DNA of 64,000 nucleotides from an uncultured Alphaproteobacteria bacterium (GTDB taxonomy: Bacteria; Pseudomonadota; Alphaproteobacteria; RF32; CAG-239), in contig CALXRQ010000003.1 in NCBI GenBank assembly GCA_944390895.1, positions 5,550 through 69,549 of the forward strand, read 5' to 3'. A model generated the notes under the pieces. It ran no database searches and was not told where the DNA came from. It worked only from the letters and a program-made list of their open reading frames with translations. A program made the position numbers and the translations under genes. Of the stretch, positions 19,652 through 29,456 are shown piece by piece; within the stretch, counting starts at the first letter, position 1; every line of letters begins with the position of its first letter.

Positions 19652-21150
19652 CAAGGTTGCGAAAGAAAATCGGATTTTTCGGCTTTGTTTATGTCTGGAT
19701 GCGGCTTCAGGGATTAAACGTTCCCAAACACCAGAGAAAAATGTCACTCTGGCTGGAAAAACTCTGGAGCGGAACAGCTTCAAGGCAAGGTCTGCTGATG
19801 GCGTTTCGCAACTCCGGCAAGTCGACGATCGTCGGCTTGTTTTGCGCCTGGTGCCTGTATCGCAATTCTGCTCTGCGGATATTGGTTATGGCTGCGGATC
19901 ATGCGCTGGCAAAAAAGATGGTGCGCAATGTCAAGCGTATTATTGAACGCCATCCGCTTACCGCTGATATGAAACCGCCGCATCAGGACCAATGGGCTTC
20001 AGATCAGTTTACGATTCTTCGCGAGCGTGAACTGCGTGATCCGTCCATGCTGGCCAAAGGTCTGGGAGCCAACATCACCGGTCTGCGTGCGGATTTGATT
20101 ATCTGCGATGATGTGGAAGTGCCCAAAAATTGTGATTCGGCACTGAAGCGGCAGGAACTCAGAGCCCGGTTGGACGAGCTGGACTATATTCTGACGCCGG
20201 ACGGCATGCAGCTTTATATCGGGACGCCGCATACGTTTTATACCATATATCAAACCGGCTTTGATCGGTCACGGCCGGAACAGAAACCGTTTTTGCTGGA
20301 TTTTCAAAAAATGGAGATTCCCATTTTGGATGAAAACGGCAAATCAAACTGGCCGGAGCGTTTTTTTTTTTTTTTTTTTTCTTCTGTCCGGCAGCGTTCG
20401 GGGGAGAACAAATTCCTTTCGCAGATGATGCTGAAACCGGTTAACATCAAAGACAGTATTCTGGATCCGGAACGCCTTTGTCCGTATGACGGCGAAATCA
20501 GCGTCAGCTCTGCCAACGGACGCGATTGTTTGAAAATCGGCGGCCGCCGGATGCTTTCGGCCTCCTGCTGGTGGGATCCGTCTTTTGCTTCGGCCAAAGG
20601 GGACAATTCGGTCATTGCCTGTGTCTTTGTCGATGAGGAAGGACGCTATTGGCTGCATGATTTGGAGTATATCAAAATCAAAGGCGGTTCGGATGAAAAC
20701 ATTGCTTCGCAGCAATGCGGCGTTGTCGCCGCTTTCCTGGAACGCAATTGCCTGTCGTCGGTCAGGATTGAGGTCAACGGCATCGGAAAGTTTCTGCCGG
20801 GGATATTAAAACAGACGCTGCAAAAGAGAAATTACCGGGCCGCGGTGCTGGAAGCCAGTTCCAATGCCAATAAGGCGTTGCGCATTGTTCAGGCTTTTGA
20901 AGTGTTGCTGGCTGAAAGGGCTTTGAATGTTCATAAGAAAATATGGTCGACGCCGTTCATTGAAGAAATGCGCGAATTTTGTCCCGGCGGCACTCATCAC
21001 GACGATGCTCTTGACGCTGTCGCCGGATGTCTGGCTTCCGAGCCTGTGCGTCTGCCTGCTTTTGTGTCGGACGTTTCGCAAACGCGCATAAACACATGGC
21101 AGGGCACGAACCGTCAGTTTGCCGCCCGAACCGGATTTGACGTACTATAA
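19648..21150 (+). CDS. Phage terminase large subunit
   Basis: 500 aa. Walker A-like FRNSGKSTIVG. Walker B LIICDDVE. C-terminal nuclease-like region. Contains an in-frame T20 tract encoding FFFFFF. Confidence 0.82.
   Translation: MTRLRKKIGFFGFVYVWMRLQGLNVPKHQRKMSLWLEKLWSGTASRQGLLMAFRNSGKSTIVGLFCAWCLYRNSALRILVMAADHALAKKMVRNVKRIIERHPLTADMKPPHQDQWASDQFTILRERELRDPSMLAKGLGANITGLRADLIICDDVEVPKNCDSALKRQELRARLDELDYILTPDGMQLYIGTPHTFYTIYQTGFDRSRPEQKPFLLDFQKMEIPILDENGKSNWPERFFFFFFSSVRQRSGENKFLSQMMLKPVNIKDSILDPERLCPYDGEISVSSANGRDCLKIGGRRMLSASCWWDPSFASAKGDNSVIACVFVDEEGRYWLHDLEYIKIKGGSDENIASQQCGVVAAFLERNCLSSVRIEVNGIGKFLPGILKQTLQKRNYRAAVLEASSNANKALRIVQAFEVLLAERALNVHKKIWSTPFIEEMREFCPGGTHHDDALDAVAGCLASEPVRLPAFVSDVSQTRINTWQGTNRQFAARTGFDVL
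20361..20380 (+). repeat. Homopolymeric T20 tract inside the terminase CDS
   Basis: gagcg-T20-cttctg counted directly from the sequence. The frame is maintained (ERFFFFFFSSVRQ). Confidence 0.9.
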
Positions 21151-21162
21151 GGGATATAAACG

Positions 21163-21450
21163 ATGTTTAGTGAATTAACCAGCTGGGTAGCCATGGTCGA
21201 GCTCCCGGTTTTTGTGACATTGTTTCGAATGATGGCCAGAAACCGCAAAGAAACGGATCAAGATCTGGCGGTTTTGAAAAACAGTTCGGAAAAAGGCATG
21301 GCTTCCGTCAGGGAAGCTTTGGCTGACTTCAAGCTGCACGTTGCCAGAAACTATGTTTCCATCAACTATCTTAAAGATGTTGAAGACCGTTTAACCAATC
21401 ATTTATTGAGAATTGAAAAGAAACTAGACGAGGTGGGAAAAAACAGATGA
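21163..21450 (+). CDS. Hypothetical small membrane protein (phage-like)
   Basis: 95 aa. N-terminal hydrophobic segment WVAMVELPVFVTLF. Overlaps the next gene start. Confidence 0.4.
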   Translation: MFSELTSWVAMVELPVFVTLFRMMARNRKETDQDLAVLKNSSEKGMASVREALADFKLHVARNYVSINYLKDVEDRLTNHLLRIEKKLDEVGKNR

Positions 21451-21878
21451 CAAACTTAACAACCGATATTCTGGCCAAAACCATTTGGGGAGAGGCCAGG
21501 GGAGAACCGCTGGCCGGACAGGAGGCCGTGGCCATGGTCATTCTGAACCGGGTGGCGTTCAGCCGGAAACGCGGCGGAAAATACTGGTGGGGAAACGATA
21601 TTGCCGGGGTTTGCCAGAAACCGCGGCAGTTTTCTTGTTGGAACACCGATGATCCGAACTATCGCAAATTGCTGCGGGTTAACGATTCCGATCCTGTATA
21701 CGCGGCCTGCAAAAGGATAGCCGGACGGGCGGCCGCCGGTCTGCTGGAAGACAAAACCTGCGGCGCCACGCATTATCATGCCAGGAACGTTTGTCCCCGG
21801 TGGTCAATTGGCAAGATTCCCTGCGCGGAAATCGGCAGCCATGTTTTTTATAACGATATTGAGGAGAGCAAACGGTGA
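21447..21878 (+). CDS. Cell wall hydrolase, SleB/Hydrolase_2 family (endolysin-like)
   Basis: LAKTIWGEARGEPLAGQEAVAMVILNRV...QFSCWN...ATHYH matches the SleB-type hydrolase signature. Confidence 0.8.
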   Translation: MTNLTTDILAKTIWGEARGEPLAGQEAVAMVILNRVAFSRKRGGKYWWGNDIAGVCQKPRQFSCWNTDDPNYRKLLRVNDSDPVYAACKRIAGRAAAGLLEDKTCGATHYHARNVCPRWSIGKIPCAEIGSHVFYNDIEESKR

Positions 21879-22405
21879 TAAGCAAAGTTTTGGGAAAAAT
21901 CGGCCTGCCGATTTTGATAAAGTTTGTAAGTTCATCTTTGGGGCGTCTGGATGCCGATTGCGCCAAAAAAGCAGGTTCGGCGCTGCTTGATGTCAGCAGC
22001 GCCATCAAAAACCGCGAAATTTCTGCCGAGCAGATTTCCGAAGTCAATCGTCATGCGGAACGAATGCAGGAAATTGAAGGCGAATATGATGACAAAACCT
22101 TGGCAGTGATTAATGAAACCATTCGCCGCGAGATTGCTTCCGAGGATCGTTTTGTCCGCTTTTGGCGTCCGGCGTTCGGTTATTCGGTTGCCGCAGCCTG
22201 GCTGCTGACCATGTCTACAATTTGTTATGTGGTTTTGGCCGATTATCCCAATGCCGCCGATATTATCGGCGCTTTGGTGGAAACTACGTCGTTGTGGAGC
22301 GTGGCCCTGGGCGTACTGGGCATTTCCGTTGTCAAGCGCAGTCAGGAAAAGCAGAATGCCAAAAAGGAAGACATCTTGTCGAAAGTGGTCAATAAGATAA
22401 CCTAA
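21875..22405 (+). CDS. Putative membrane protein (possible holin-like lysis partner)
   Basis: 176 aa with two C-terminal hydrophobic helices. Translationally coupled to the lysin. The holin call rests on position only. Confidence 0.35.
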   Translation: MISKVLGKIGLPILIKFVSSSLGRLDADCAKKAGSALLDVSSAIKNREISAEQISEVNRHAERMQEIEGEYDDKTLAVINETIRREIASEDRFVRFWRPAFGYSVAAAWLLTMSTICYVVLADYPNAADIIGALVETTSLWSVALGVLGISVVKRSQEKQNAKKEDILSKVVNKIT

Positions 22406-22407
22406 AC

Positions 22408-22441
22408 TTAACTGCCCCGATTTTTTTTTCGGGGCTTTTTT
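22408..22441 (+). terminator. Rho-independent terminator
   Basis: GCCCCGAtttttttttTCGGGGCttttttt. Confidence 0.7.
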
Positions 22442-22468
22442 TATAACATAAATTATGAGGAGAAAGAA

Positions 22469-22681
22469 ATGGGAGGAGTATTCAGCGGCGGTTCGCCGAA
22501 AATAGAAGTCCCGGCGGCAGACACTTCGGCGCAGGATGCCGAAAAAAAGGCGGAAGAAGAGCGCAAAAAAGCGCTTGAGCGCCAGCGCCGGGGAATGGAC
22601 AGCACCATCCGCACGTCTTACAACGGATTGCTGGATTTGAAAAATATGGAACTGAACCGCAAAAAGCTGCTCGGAGAATAA
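22469..22681 (+). CDS. Hypothetical small charged protein preceding the portal gene
   Basis: 70 aa. GAGGAG SD. Confidence 0.4.
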   Translation: MGGVFSGGSPKIEVPAADTSAQDAEKKAEEERKKALERQRRGMDSTIRTSYNGLLDLKNMELNRKKLLGE

Positions 22682-22684
22682 CCG

Positions 22685-24193
22685 ATGAACGGTAAAATAG
22701 AAAAACTTATCGAACGCTTCAAAAGAGCGGAGAACCGAAAGCAGCAATGGCTTCCCCACTGGCAGGAATGTTACGAATATGCGCTGCCGCAGCGGGAAAA
22801 TGTCGGGATGACAAGTATCGGCACCGATTACGGAAGCAAAAAAAATCTGCATTTGTTTGACGGAACCGCACCTGATGCCGTCGATCAGCTGGCGTCTTCG
22901 CTTTTGTCGGAACTGACGCCGCCCTGGGCCAAATGGTTTGGCCTTAAAGGCGGTGAAGAACTCTCGGAGGAAGAACGTTCCCGGGTTGCGGAAACATTGG
23001 AAAAAACCTCGGAAATTATGATGCAGAATTTTGAGCATTCCAATTTTGCCGTGGAAATACATCAGTGCTATCTGGACTTGGTTACGGCCGGCACTGCCTG
23101 CCTGATGTTTGAAGAAGCGCCGGTCGGCGAGGCGTCGGCTTTCCGCTTTTATGCGGTTCCGTTGCGCGAGATTGCGTTGGAAGAAAGTCCGGACGGCAAA
23201 ATAGACACCACTTTCCGCTGTTCGCAAATCGGTTTGGAAAGTATTCGTCTCCGGTTTCCGAAAGCGGAAGTGCCGCCATTGTGGGAGGAGCGTTTTCGCT
23301 CCGACGGCGATTTTCGTCTGACCCTGATTGAGGCCGTTATTCCGCGGCACGGCAGTTTCGGGCAGTCGGGATATGAATATACGGCTTTCGTCTGGGACGA
23401 AAATTCCGGTCCCGAAGACAATCTGGTGCTGCGGGAAGGCGTTTTTGAAACCTCGCCGTTCATAAATTTCCGCTGGCTGAAAGCGCCGGGTGAGGTTTAC
23501 GGTCGTTCGCCGGTAATGAAAGCTTTGCCTGACATTAAAACCGCCAACAAGGTGGTGGAACTGATATTGAAAAACGCGTCAATTTCGGTGACCGGCATCT
23601 GGCAGGCCGATGATGACGGCATTCTCAATCCGGCCAACATCAAGCTCGTTCCCGGCGCCATCATTCCCAAGGCGGTCGGTTCCAAGGGACTGACGCCGCT
23701 TGAGGCACCGGGAAAATTTGACGTTTCGCAGTTGATTTTGGAAAATCTGCAAAGCCGGATAAACCACGCGCTGCTGGCCGATCGCCTTTCGCAGGTAAAT
23801 GTTCCGAATATGACGGCAACCGAGGTGTTGGAACGCTCGGCGGAAATTGCCCGCATCCTGGGCGCCAGCTTCGGACGTCTGCAAAGCGAACTTCTGACCC
23901 CGCTGCTGAAAAGGGCTTTTTACATTCTGCGTCGCCGCGGCGATATTATGAACTTTGATTTGGACGGCAAGATTGTCGACCTGCAGTATAAGTCTCCGCT
24001 GGCTTTGCTTCAGGCCAGACAAGACGTCAGCAATATCAGCGAATGGATCAATCTGGTAACGGCGTTGGGCATGGACGGGCTTTCGGCGGTCAATATGTTT
24101 GAAGCCGCCAAAACCCTGGGACGGATTCTGAACGTTCCGGCAACGCTGATTAACGAACAACCGCAGGGAAATATTGCCGATGCCGCTGAATGA
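22685..24193 (+). CDS. Phage portal (head-to-tail connector) protein
   Basis: 502 aa. Its position before scaffold/capsid and its size fit a podovirus connector. The assignment rests on context and general resemblance, not on a strict motif. Confidence 0.7.
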   Translation: MNGKIEKLIERFKRAENRKQQWLPHWQECYEYALPQRENVGMTSIGTDYGSKKNLHLFDGTAPDAVDQLASSLLSELTPPWAKWFGLKGGEELSEEERSRVAETLEKTSEIMMQNFEHSNFAVEIHQCYLDLVTAGTACLMFEEAPVGEASAFRFYAVPLREIALEESPDGKIDTTFRCSQIGLESIRLRFPKAEVPPLWEERFRSDGDFRLTLIEAVIPRHGSFGQSGYEYTAFVWDENSGPEDNLVLREGVFETSPFINFRWLKAPGEVYGRSPVMKALPDIKTANKVVELILKNASISVTGIWQADDDGILNPANIKLVPGAIIPKAVGSKGLTPLEAPGKFDVSQLILENLQSRINHALLADRLSQVNVPNMTATEVLERSAEIARILGASFGRLQSELLTPLLKRAFYILRRRGDIMNFDLDGKIVDLQYKSPLALLQARQDVSNISEWINLVTALGMDGLSAVNMFEAAKTLGRILNVPATLINEQPQGNIADAAE

Positions 24194-24416
24194 ATATAAC
24201 GCCTCGGCATTGCCGGATGAAGAAGTCCGGCGGATGTTTGCCGGGTGTTTTATAACCGGAGAGGGCAGATTCGTCCTCTCTTTTTTGAAAAAAGTAACTC
24301 TTGAGCGCTGCCTCGGTCCCGATGCCTCAGATGCCGAACTTAGGTATCTGGAAGGGCAGAGACGTTTAGTGAAATATATTGAGGCGCTCAGCGGTTGCAA
24401 AAAATCTGATTTTTAG
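24174..24416 (+). CDS. Hypothetical small protein overlapping the portal 3' end
   Basis: 80-aa ORF in an alternate frame. Confidence 0.3.
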   Translation: MPMPLNEYNASALPDEEVRRMFAGCFITGEGRFVLSFLKKVTLERCLGPDASDAELRYLEGQRRLVKYIEALSGCKKSDF

Positions 24417-24428
24417 AAAGGAACAAAA

Positions 24429-25139
24429 ATGCAAAGTCAGGAAAATGAAAATCTGCTGAATGTTTCCGCATCGCGGCAGTCTTCCGGCCAGACGTCCGGG
24501 CGTCCGTCCGGTCTGCCGGATGCTTTCTGGGACGAACAGAAAAAACAGGTGAAACTTGATGAACTTATTGCCGCTTATAATGATCTGGCCAAACGGGACG
24601 ACAATCTGGTGGAGACCAATCTCCGCAATATTCCCGAAAGCTATGACCAGTATCGCATCAACATTCCGAGCCCGCTGTTGGATGTGGATGAAGACATCTT
24701 AAAAAGGTTCTATGAAAAAGGATTTACCAACGAGCAGGCGCAGCTGGTCTATGATTTGGCGGGCGAAAGGGTTCTGCCGGTACTGGATGAGATGAGCGTC
24801 AATTTTGAAGCGGAACGCCAGCTGGAAAAACTGGCTCGTCACTTTGGCGGCCGCGACAAGTTTAACGAGGTTTCGCGTCAGCTTTCGGCCTGGGCAAAAC
24901 AAAATGTCAATCCCGAGGTCTATGATGCGCTGGCCTCCACTTCCGAGGGCGTCATTGCGCTTTACAATATGATGTCTTCCGCCGAACCGTCCTTGTTGAA
25001 AGAGGGCGCGGAGACCGGAGAACTGAGTGAGGCCAGTCTGCGGAAAATGATGGAAGATCCGCGCTATTGGCGGGATAAGGACAGCGCTTATATCGCCAAA
25101 ATAACCCGCGGTTTTGAAAAGCTTTATCCGGAAAAATAA
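24429..25139 (+). CDS. Putative scaffolding (capsid assembly) protein
   Basis: 236 aa, acidic and predicted helical. Lies between portal and capsid, as in T7-like gene order. Confidence 0.45.
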   Translation: MQSQENENLLNVSASRQSSGQTSGRPSGLPDAFWDEQKKQVKLDELIAAYNDLAKRDDNLVETNLRNIPESYDQYRINIPSPLLDVDEDILKRFYEKGFTNEQAQLVYDLAGERVLPVLDEMSVNFEAERQLEKLARHFGGRDKFNEVSRQLSAWAKQNVNPEVYDALASTSEGVIALYNMMSSAEPSLLKEGAETGELSEASLRKMMEDPRYWRDKDSAYIAKITRGFEKLYPEK

Positions 25140-25211
25140 AATAGTAACGTGTTTTAACCTGAAAAGTCCGCTTCTCCGAAAGCGGATTTTTGCAAATATA
25201 AGGAAAAGATT

Positions 25212-26036
25212 ATGTCTACAGAAGTATCCAAGTCGTTTATCAAAAATTTTGAAGCCGATGTGCATCTGGCTTATCAGCAGATGGGTTCAAAATTGAAAAA
25301 TACCGTTCGTTATAAAAATAATGTCAAAGGTTCGTCAACCGTGTTTCAGCGCGTCGGCAAGGGCATTGCTTCCGGCAAGGCGCGTCACGGCCTGGTTCCG
25401 GTCATGAGCATTGATCATACGCCGATTGAGTGCGAATTGCAGGACTATTATGCCGGTGATTGGGTCGATGCTTTGGACGAGTTGAAGCTCAGCATTGACG
25501 AACGCCGCGTTATCGCTTCTTCAGGCGCTTATGCGCTGGGACGCAAAACCGACGAACTGATTATTGACGCGCTGAGCAAAGCCTCAAATGCCAACGATGT
25601 CGGCGATTATACCAAGGCTTTGTCCAAAACCGACATCTTGAACGCTTTTGCCAAGCTCAACGAAAATGACGTTCCCGACGACGGACAGCGTTTTGGCATT
25701 GTCGGCCCGTTGCAATGGAATGCGCTGCTCAACATTGCCGAGTTTTCCAATTCTGATTATGCCGGTGACAATCTACCGTTCCTGAAGGGCACCGAAAGCC
25801 GCAAATGGCTGGGCATTAACTGGATTATGCATACCGGTTTGCCGCTTTCCGGCACCAACCGCGACTGTTTTATCTTTCATAAAACGGCGGTCGGCCATGC
25901 TTCGGGGCAGGACGTCAAGTCTGACATCACCTGGCACGGCGACCATGCGGCGCACTTTGTCAATAATATGATGAGCCAGGGTGCCTGCCTGATTGATGAA
26001 ACCGGCATTGTCCGCATCAAATGCAAAGAAGCTTAA
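25212..26036 (+). CDS. Putative major capsid protein
   Basis: 274 aa. Position after the scaffold gene. Strong SD. Followed by a small gene and a strong terminator, as with T7 gene 10 and its T-phi terminator. Confidence 0.55.
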   Translation: MSTEVSKSFIKNFEADVHLAYQQMGSKLKNTVRYKNNVKGSSTVFQRVGKGIASGKARHGLVPVMSIDHTPIECELQDYYAGDWVDALDELKLSIDERRVIASSGAYALGRKTDELIIDALSKASNANDVGDYTKALSKTDILNAFAKLNENDVPDDGQRFGIVGPLQWNALLNIAEFSNSDYAGDNLPFLKGTESRKWLGINWIMHTGLPLSGTNRDCFIFHKTAVGHASGQDVKSDITWHGDHAAHFVNNMMSQGACLIDETGIVRIKCKEA

Positions 26037-26061
26037 TTTTTTATTATCAAGGAGAAAACAT

Positions 26062-26322
26062 ATGTCATTAAACACCAAAGATTTAAGCGTGATGGCCTAC
26101 GCCAACGGCTTTACGCTGTGGAGCTATTCCACGGCCGATGCGTTAACCGCCGTGAAAGGAGCCGGCTATTTTAACGATGCGGCGCCGTTTGTCCGTCCCG
26201 GCGATATGATTTTGGTTTCCGCTTCCAAAGACAGCGCGATTGAACCTGCCGTGCTGGCGGTAACCGCCGTTGCCGCCGCATCCGTTACGGTCACTTCCGT
26301 TGCGCCGGCCGCGGCAGCCTAG
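26062..26322 (+). CDS. Small structural protein with Ala/Val-rich C-terminal tail (minor capsid or decoration candidate)
   Basis: About 86 aa from MSLNTKDL (GGAG SD). C-terminus VLAVTAVAAASVTVTSVAPAAAA. Confidence 0.4.
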   Translation: MSLNTKDLSVMAYANGFTLWSYSTADALTAVKGAGYFNDAAPFVRPGDMILVSASKDSAIEPAVLAVTAVAAASVTVTSVAPAAAA

Positions 26323-26345
26323 TTTTTAACCCGATACCTGTTAGC

Positions 26346-26385
26346 AAATGATGAGAGAGTCCCCCTGTGGGACTCTCTTTTTTTT
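26346..26385 (+). terminator. Strong rho-independent terminator after the capsid module
   Basis: AGAGAGTCCCCctgtGGGACTCTCTttttttttt. Confidence 0.75.
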
Positions 26386-26408
26386 TACAAAACGAAGGAA
26401 TTTATAAT

Positions 26409-26978
26409 ATGAACTATTCCAGCATCAGTTTATGTTCCAAGGCTCTGCTTAAAATCGGAGCTTCCAGCATCACTTCTTTTGAGGAGGGAACGGCTGAGGG
26501 GGAAGTTGCCGCCAATCTGTACCCTTATATTCGCGACGGTCTGCTGTCTTCATATCCGTGGAGTTTTGCCGTGGCGCAGGTACGTCTGGGGCGCCTGGAA
26601 ACCGCGCCGCTGGCAGATTACCGTTATGCCTATCTGCTGCCCTCTGATCTTTTGCGGATTATCTCCGCCGGTTCTCAGGGGCGGGGACGCGGTGTGGAAT
26701 ATCGTGTCGTTGAAGATAAGCTCCATACCGATATGACGGAGGTTAACCTGACCTATATTTACCGTCCCGATGAAAGCGTTTTTCCGGCTTATTTTTGCGA
26801 AGCGCTGATTAATAAGCTGGCGTTTGAGTTTTGCATTCCGCTGACAGAGAGTTCGACCCGGGCCGAATTTTTAAGCAAAATTGCCGAAGATTCGGTCAGT
26901 CGTGCCCGTTCGATTGATGCGCAGCAGGATACGCCCGGACGTTTTGAAGACTTTACGCTGGTGGAGGTGCGAAAATGA
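26409..26978 (+). CDS. Tail tubular protein A-like (T7 gp11-sized)
   Basis: 189 aa from MNYSSISL (AAGGAA SD). The track's upstream ATG lies inside the terminator hairpin. Assignment by synteny and size only. Confidence 0.4.
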   Translation: MNYSSISLCSKALLKIGASSITSFEEGTAEGEVAANLYPYIRDGLLSSYPWSFAVAQVRLGRLETAPLADYRYAYLLPSDLLRIISAGSQGRGRGVEYRVVEDKLHTDMTEVNLTYIYRPDESVFPAYFCEALINKLAFEFCIPLTESSTRAEFLSKIAEDSVSRARSIDAQQDTPGRFEDFTLVEVRK

Positions 26979-28873
26979 ATCAGATTTCGGTCAAAACCAA
27001 TTTCACTTCGGGGCAATTGTCTCCGAATTTGTATGGCCGCGGAGATTTGCGCATTTACGAAAACGGAGCGCGTACGCTGCAAAATGTCATCATCTATCCG
27101 ACCGGCGGCGTCTCCAGGCGTCCGGGACTGCAATATATTGACGAGCTTTCCGGCCCCGGACGTCTGATTGCTTTTGAGTTCAATACCGAACAAACCTATC
27201 TGCTGTGCTTTTCCGATAAAAAACTGCGGGTTTATAAGGACGGAGTCAATATCAGCGAGCTTGAAACGCCGTGGACGGAAGAGCAGATAAAGAAAATAAA
27301 CTGGACCCAGAGCGCAGACACGCTGCTGGTTGTTCATCCCGATGTGGAGCCGCGCCAGATCAGCCGCAATGCCAATGAGGTCTGGATGATTGAACCTTGG
27401 GAATATTATCAGAAGGACGGTTGTCTGTATTGCCCTTATTTCAATTTTTATCAAAACAAGGTCAAGCTCACGCCCGGCGGTACCGGCGGAAACATAACCC
27501 TGACGGCGGATGCGGATATTTTTTCGGCTGCGTTTGTCGGTGTTCGCATTAAAATCAATTCGGGAGAAGCGGTTATAACTTCCGTGACCGATTCCAGACA
27601 TTGTCAGGCCGATGTCAAAAAAGGGCTTTCCGGCACCGGCGCGTCTTCAGATTGGGAAGAGCAGGCCTTTTCGCCCGTCCGCGGATATCCGAACTCGGTC
27701 ACCTTTCACCAGGACCGGATGGTTATCGGCGGTTCTAAGAGTCTGCCTAATCGTTTGTGGCTTTCCAAGTCGTCGGATTTGTTCAATTTTGACATCGGCA
27801 CCGGTCTGGATGACGAAGCGATTGATTTTGCCATTTTGTCCGATCAGGTAAACGCCGTGACCAATGTCGTTTCGACCAGACACCTGCTGGTTTTTACTAC
27901 CGGCGCCGAATGGATGGTGTCGGGCGAACCGCTGACGCCGTCCAGCATCAGGCTTAACCGCCAGACCAACATCGGCAGCTATGCCAAATATTCTCTGCCG
28001 CCGCAAAATATTGACGGCGCCACGACCTTTATTTCGCAAAACGGCCGCCAGTTGCGCGAATTTTTGTATACGGATGTTGAACAGGCCTATCAGGCCAAGG
28101 ATCTGACGCTGATGTCCGACAATATAATCGACAAGCCGGTGGACGGCGTGTACTATCAGGACAACAGCGTATTGTACATAATTTTGGAAGACGGTACCGT
28201 CTCCTGCCTGACCACTTATCGCACCGAGGAAGTCAACGCCTGGAGCAAACTCAGGACGCAGGGCGATTTTACGTCCGTTGCCGCCATCGGAGACGGGCTT
28301 TATTTTATTGTCCGCCGCCGGGAGAATTATTATCTGGAGCGTTTTAGTCCCGGATGTTTTGTGGACGGCTGTGTTTCTCTCCGTTCCGAAACGCCCAAAA
28401 AAGACTGGGACGGGTTGGACTATCTGGAAGGCGAGAAGGTGCAGGTTGTCGCCGATGATTTTACCGTCGGCGATTTCGAGGTAAAAAACGGCCGGATAAC
28501 TTTGTTTGAAGAAGCTTCGGACATAACGGTCGGACTGCCTTATGAACATATTATCGAGCCGCTGCCTTTTGTCTGCGAGGCCAATAAACCTTATCCGCCG
28601 AAAGCCTACCGCATCATTCAGGGAATTTTCCGCATTATCTCGTCAAAATCGTTGAAGCTTAATTACGGCAGCGGTTATGTCGAAGTTCCGCTGAAAAAAA
28701 TGTATTGGGATCAGATTCTCGATTCGCCGCCGCAATTGTTTAACGGAGATGTCATTTTACGCTCCATCGGCTGGATTCGCGATTTGGAAAAACCGATGTG
28801 GAGTATCAAAAGCGAAATTCCCTGCGAATTTACGCTGCTTTCCGTTGTTAACGAAATCAAAACCAAAGATTAG
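26975..28873 (+). CDS. Tail tubular protein B-like (T7 gp12-like)
   Basis: 632 aa, beta-rich. ATGA-coupled to the upstream gene. Assignment by synteny only. Confidence 0.45.
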   Translation: MNQISVKTNFTSGQLSPNLYGRGDLRIYENGARTLQNVIIYPTGGVSRRPGLQYIDELSGPGRLIAFEFNTEQTYLLCFSDKKLRVYKDGVNISELETPWTEEQIKKINWTQSADTLLVVHPDVEPRQISRNANEVWMIEPWEYYQKDGCLYCPYFNFYQNKVKLTPGGTGGNITLTADADIFSAAFVGVRIKINSGEAVITSVTDSRHCQADVKKGLSGTGASSDWEEQAFSPVRGYPNSVTFHQDRMVIGGSKSLPNRLWLSKSSDLFNFDIGTGLDDEAIDFAILSDQVNAVTNVVSTRHLLVFTTGAEWMVSGEPLTPSSIRLNRQTNIGSYAKYSLPPQNIDGATTFISQNGRQLREFLYTDVEQAYQAKDLTLMSDNIIDKPVDGVYYQDNSVLYIILEDGTVSCLTTYRTEEVNAWSKLRTQGDFTSVAAIGDGLYFIVRRRENYYLERFSPGCFVDGCVSLRSETPKKDWDGLDYLEGEKVQVVADDFTVGDFEVKNGRITLFEEASDITVGLPYEHIIEPLPFVCEANKPYPPKAYRIIQGIFRIISSKSLKLNYGSGYVEVPLKKMYWDQILDSPPQLFNGDVILRSIGWIRDLEKPMWSIKSEIPCEFTLLSVVNEIKTKD

Positions 28874-28888
28874 AAAGGAAAACCGACC

Positions 28889-29251
28889 ATGGGTGGAATC
28901 TCAATGGCAACGGCCGCCGGAACCGGTTTGGCTGCCATGAATTTGTTAAACGATACCAGAAAAAACAATCAGCAGATGAAATATCTGCGTCAGGATCAGC
29001 AGGCGGCCGCGGCCAAACGCAAAAACCTGCTCAACCAGCAGTTGGCAACGCGCCGTGCCGGCCTTGGCGCCATGGGCATTACGTCCAGCAAGTCGTCTGC
29101 CGCCGTGCAGCAGCGCCTGGCGCGGGAGACTTATGACGACATTGCCGAAGATGAGACGGATTATAAACGCAGATACGCCGGTTTGCAGCAGCAAAACAGC
29201 AGCAATTTATTCAATACCGCGCTGTCCGCAGCCGGAAAACTGATTAAGTGA
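28889..29251 (+). CDS. Hypothetical virion-associated protein
   Basis: 120 aa, Gln/Ala-rich. Confidence 0.4.
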   Translation: MGGISMATAAGTGLAAMNLLNDTRKNNQQMKYLRQDQQAAAAKRKNLLNQQLATRRAGLGAMGITSSKSSAAVQQRLARETYDDIAEDETDYKRRYAGLQQQNSSNLFNTALSAAGKLIK

Positions 29252-29255
29252 GGAA

Positions 29256-29456
29256 ATGACCATGCCCCGAACTAAAATGACCTATGCTGAAAAACGCCGC
29301 CGTGCTTATAATCGGCAGATACCGCTGACAGATCAGCTCGACGCCGTTCTGAAAGCCTTTGATATGGTGCTGCAAGACGGCGGTGACCTGCCTTACGAGT
29401 TGATAGACGTTATTGAAAAATGGCAGGACATCAAAGCCAAATATCCCAAGGAATGA
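29256..29456 (+). CDS. Hypothetical small protein
   Basis: 66 aa. Confidence 0.35.
   Translation: MTMPRTKMTYAEKRRRAYNRQIPLTDQLDAVLKAFDMVLQDGGDLPYELIDVIEKWQDIKAKYPKE

Noticed and set aside
21932-23350. 472-aa ORF on the - strand spanning the holin-like, small and portal genes
   Set aside because: It is antisense to a tightly packed set of better-supported + strand genes. Its translation is low-complexity (Arg/Phe/Gln-rich) with no motifs. Typical shadow ORF of GC-moderate coding DNA.
26789-28549. Two long - strand ORFs (270 and 300 aa) antisense to the tail-tube-like genes
   Set aside because: No start context and Arg-rich translations. The + strand genes are translationally coupled with SDs.
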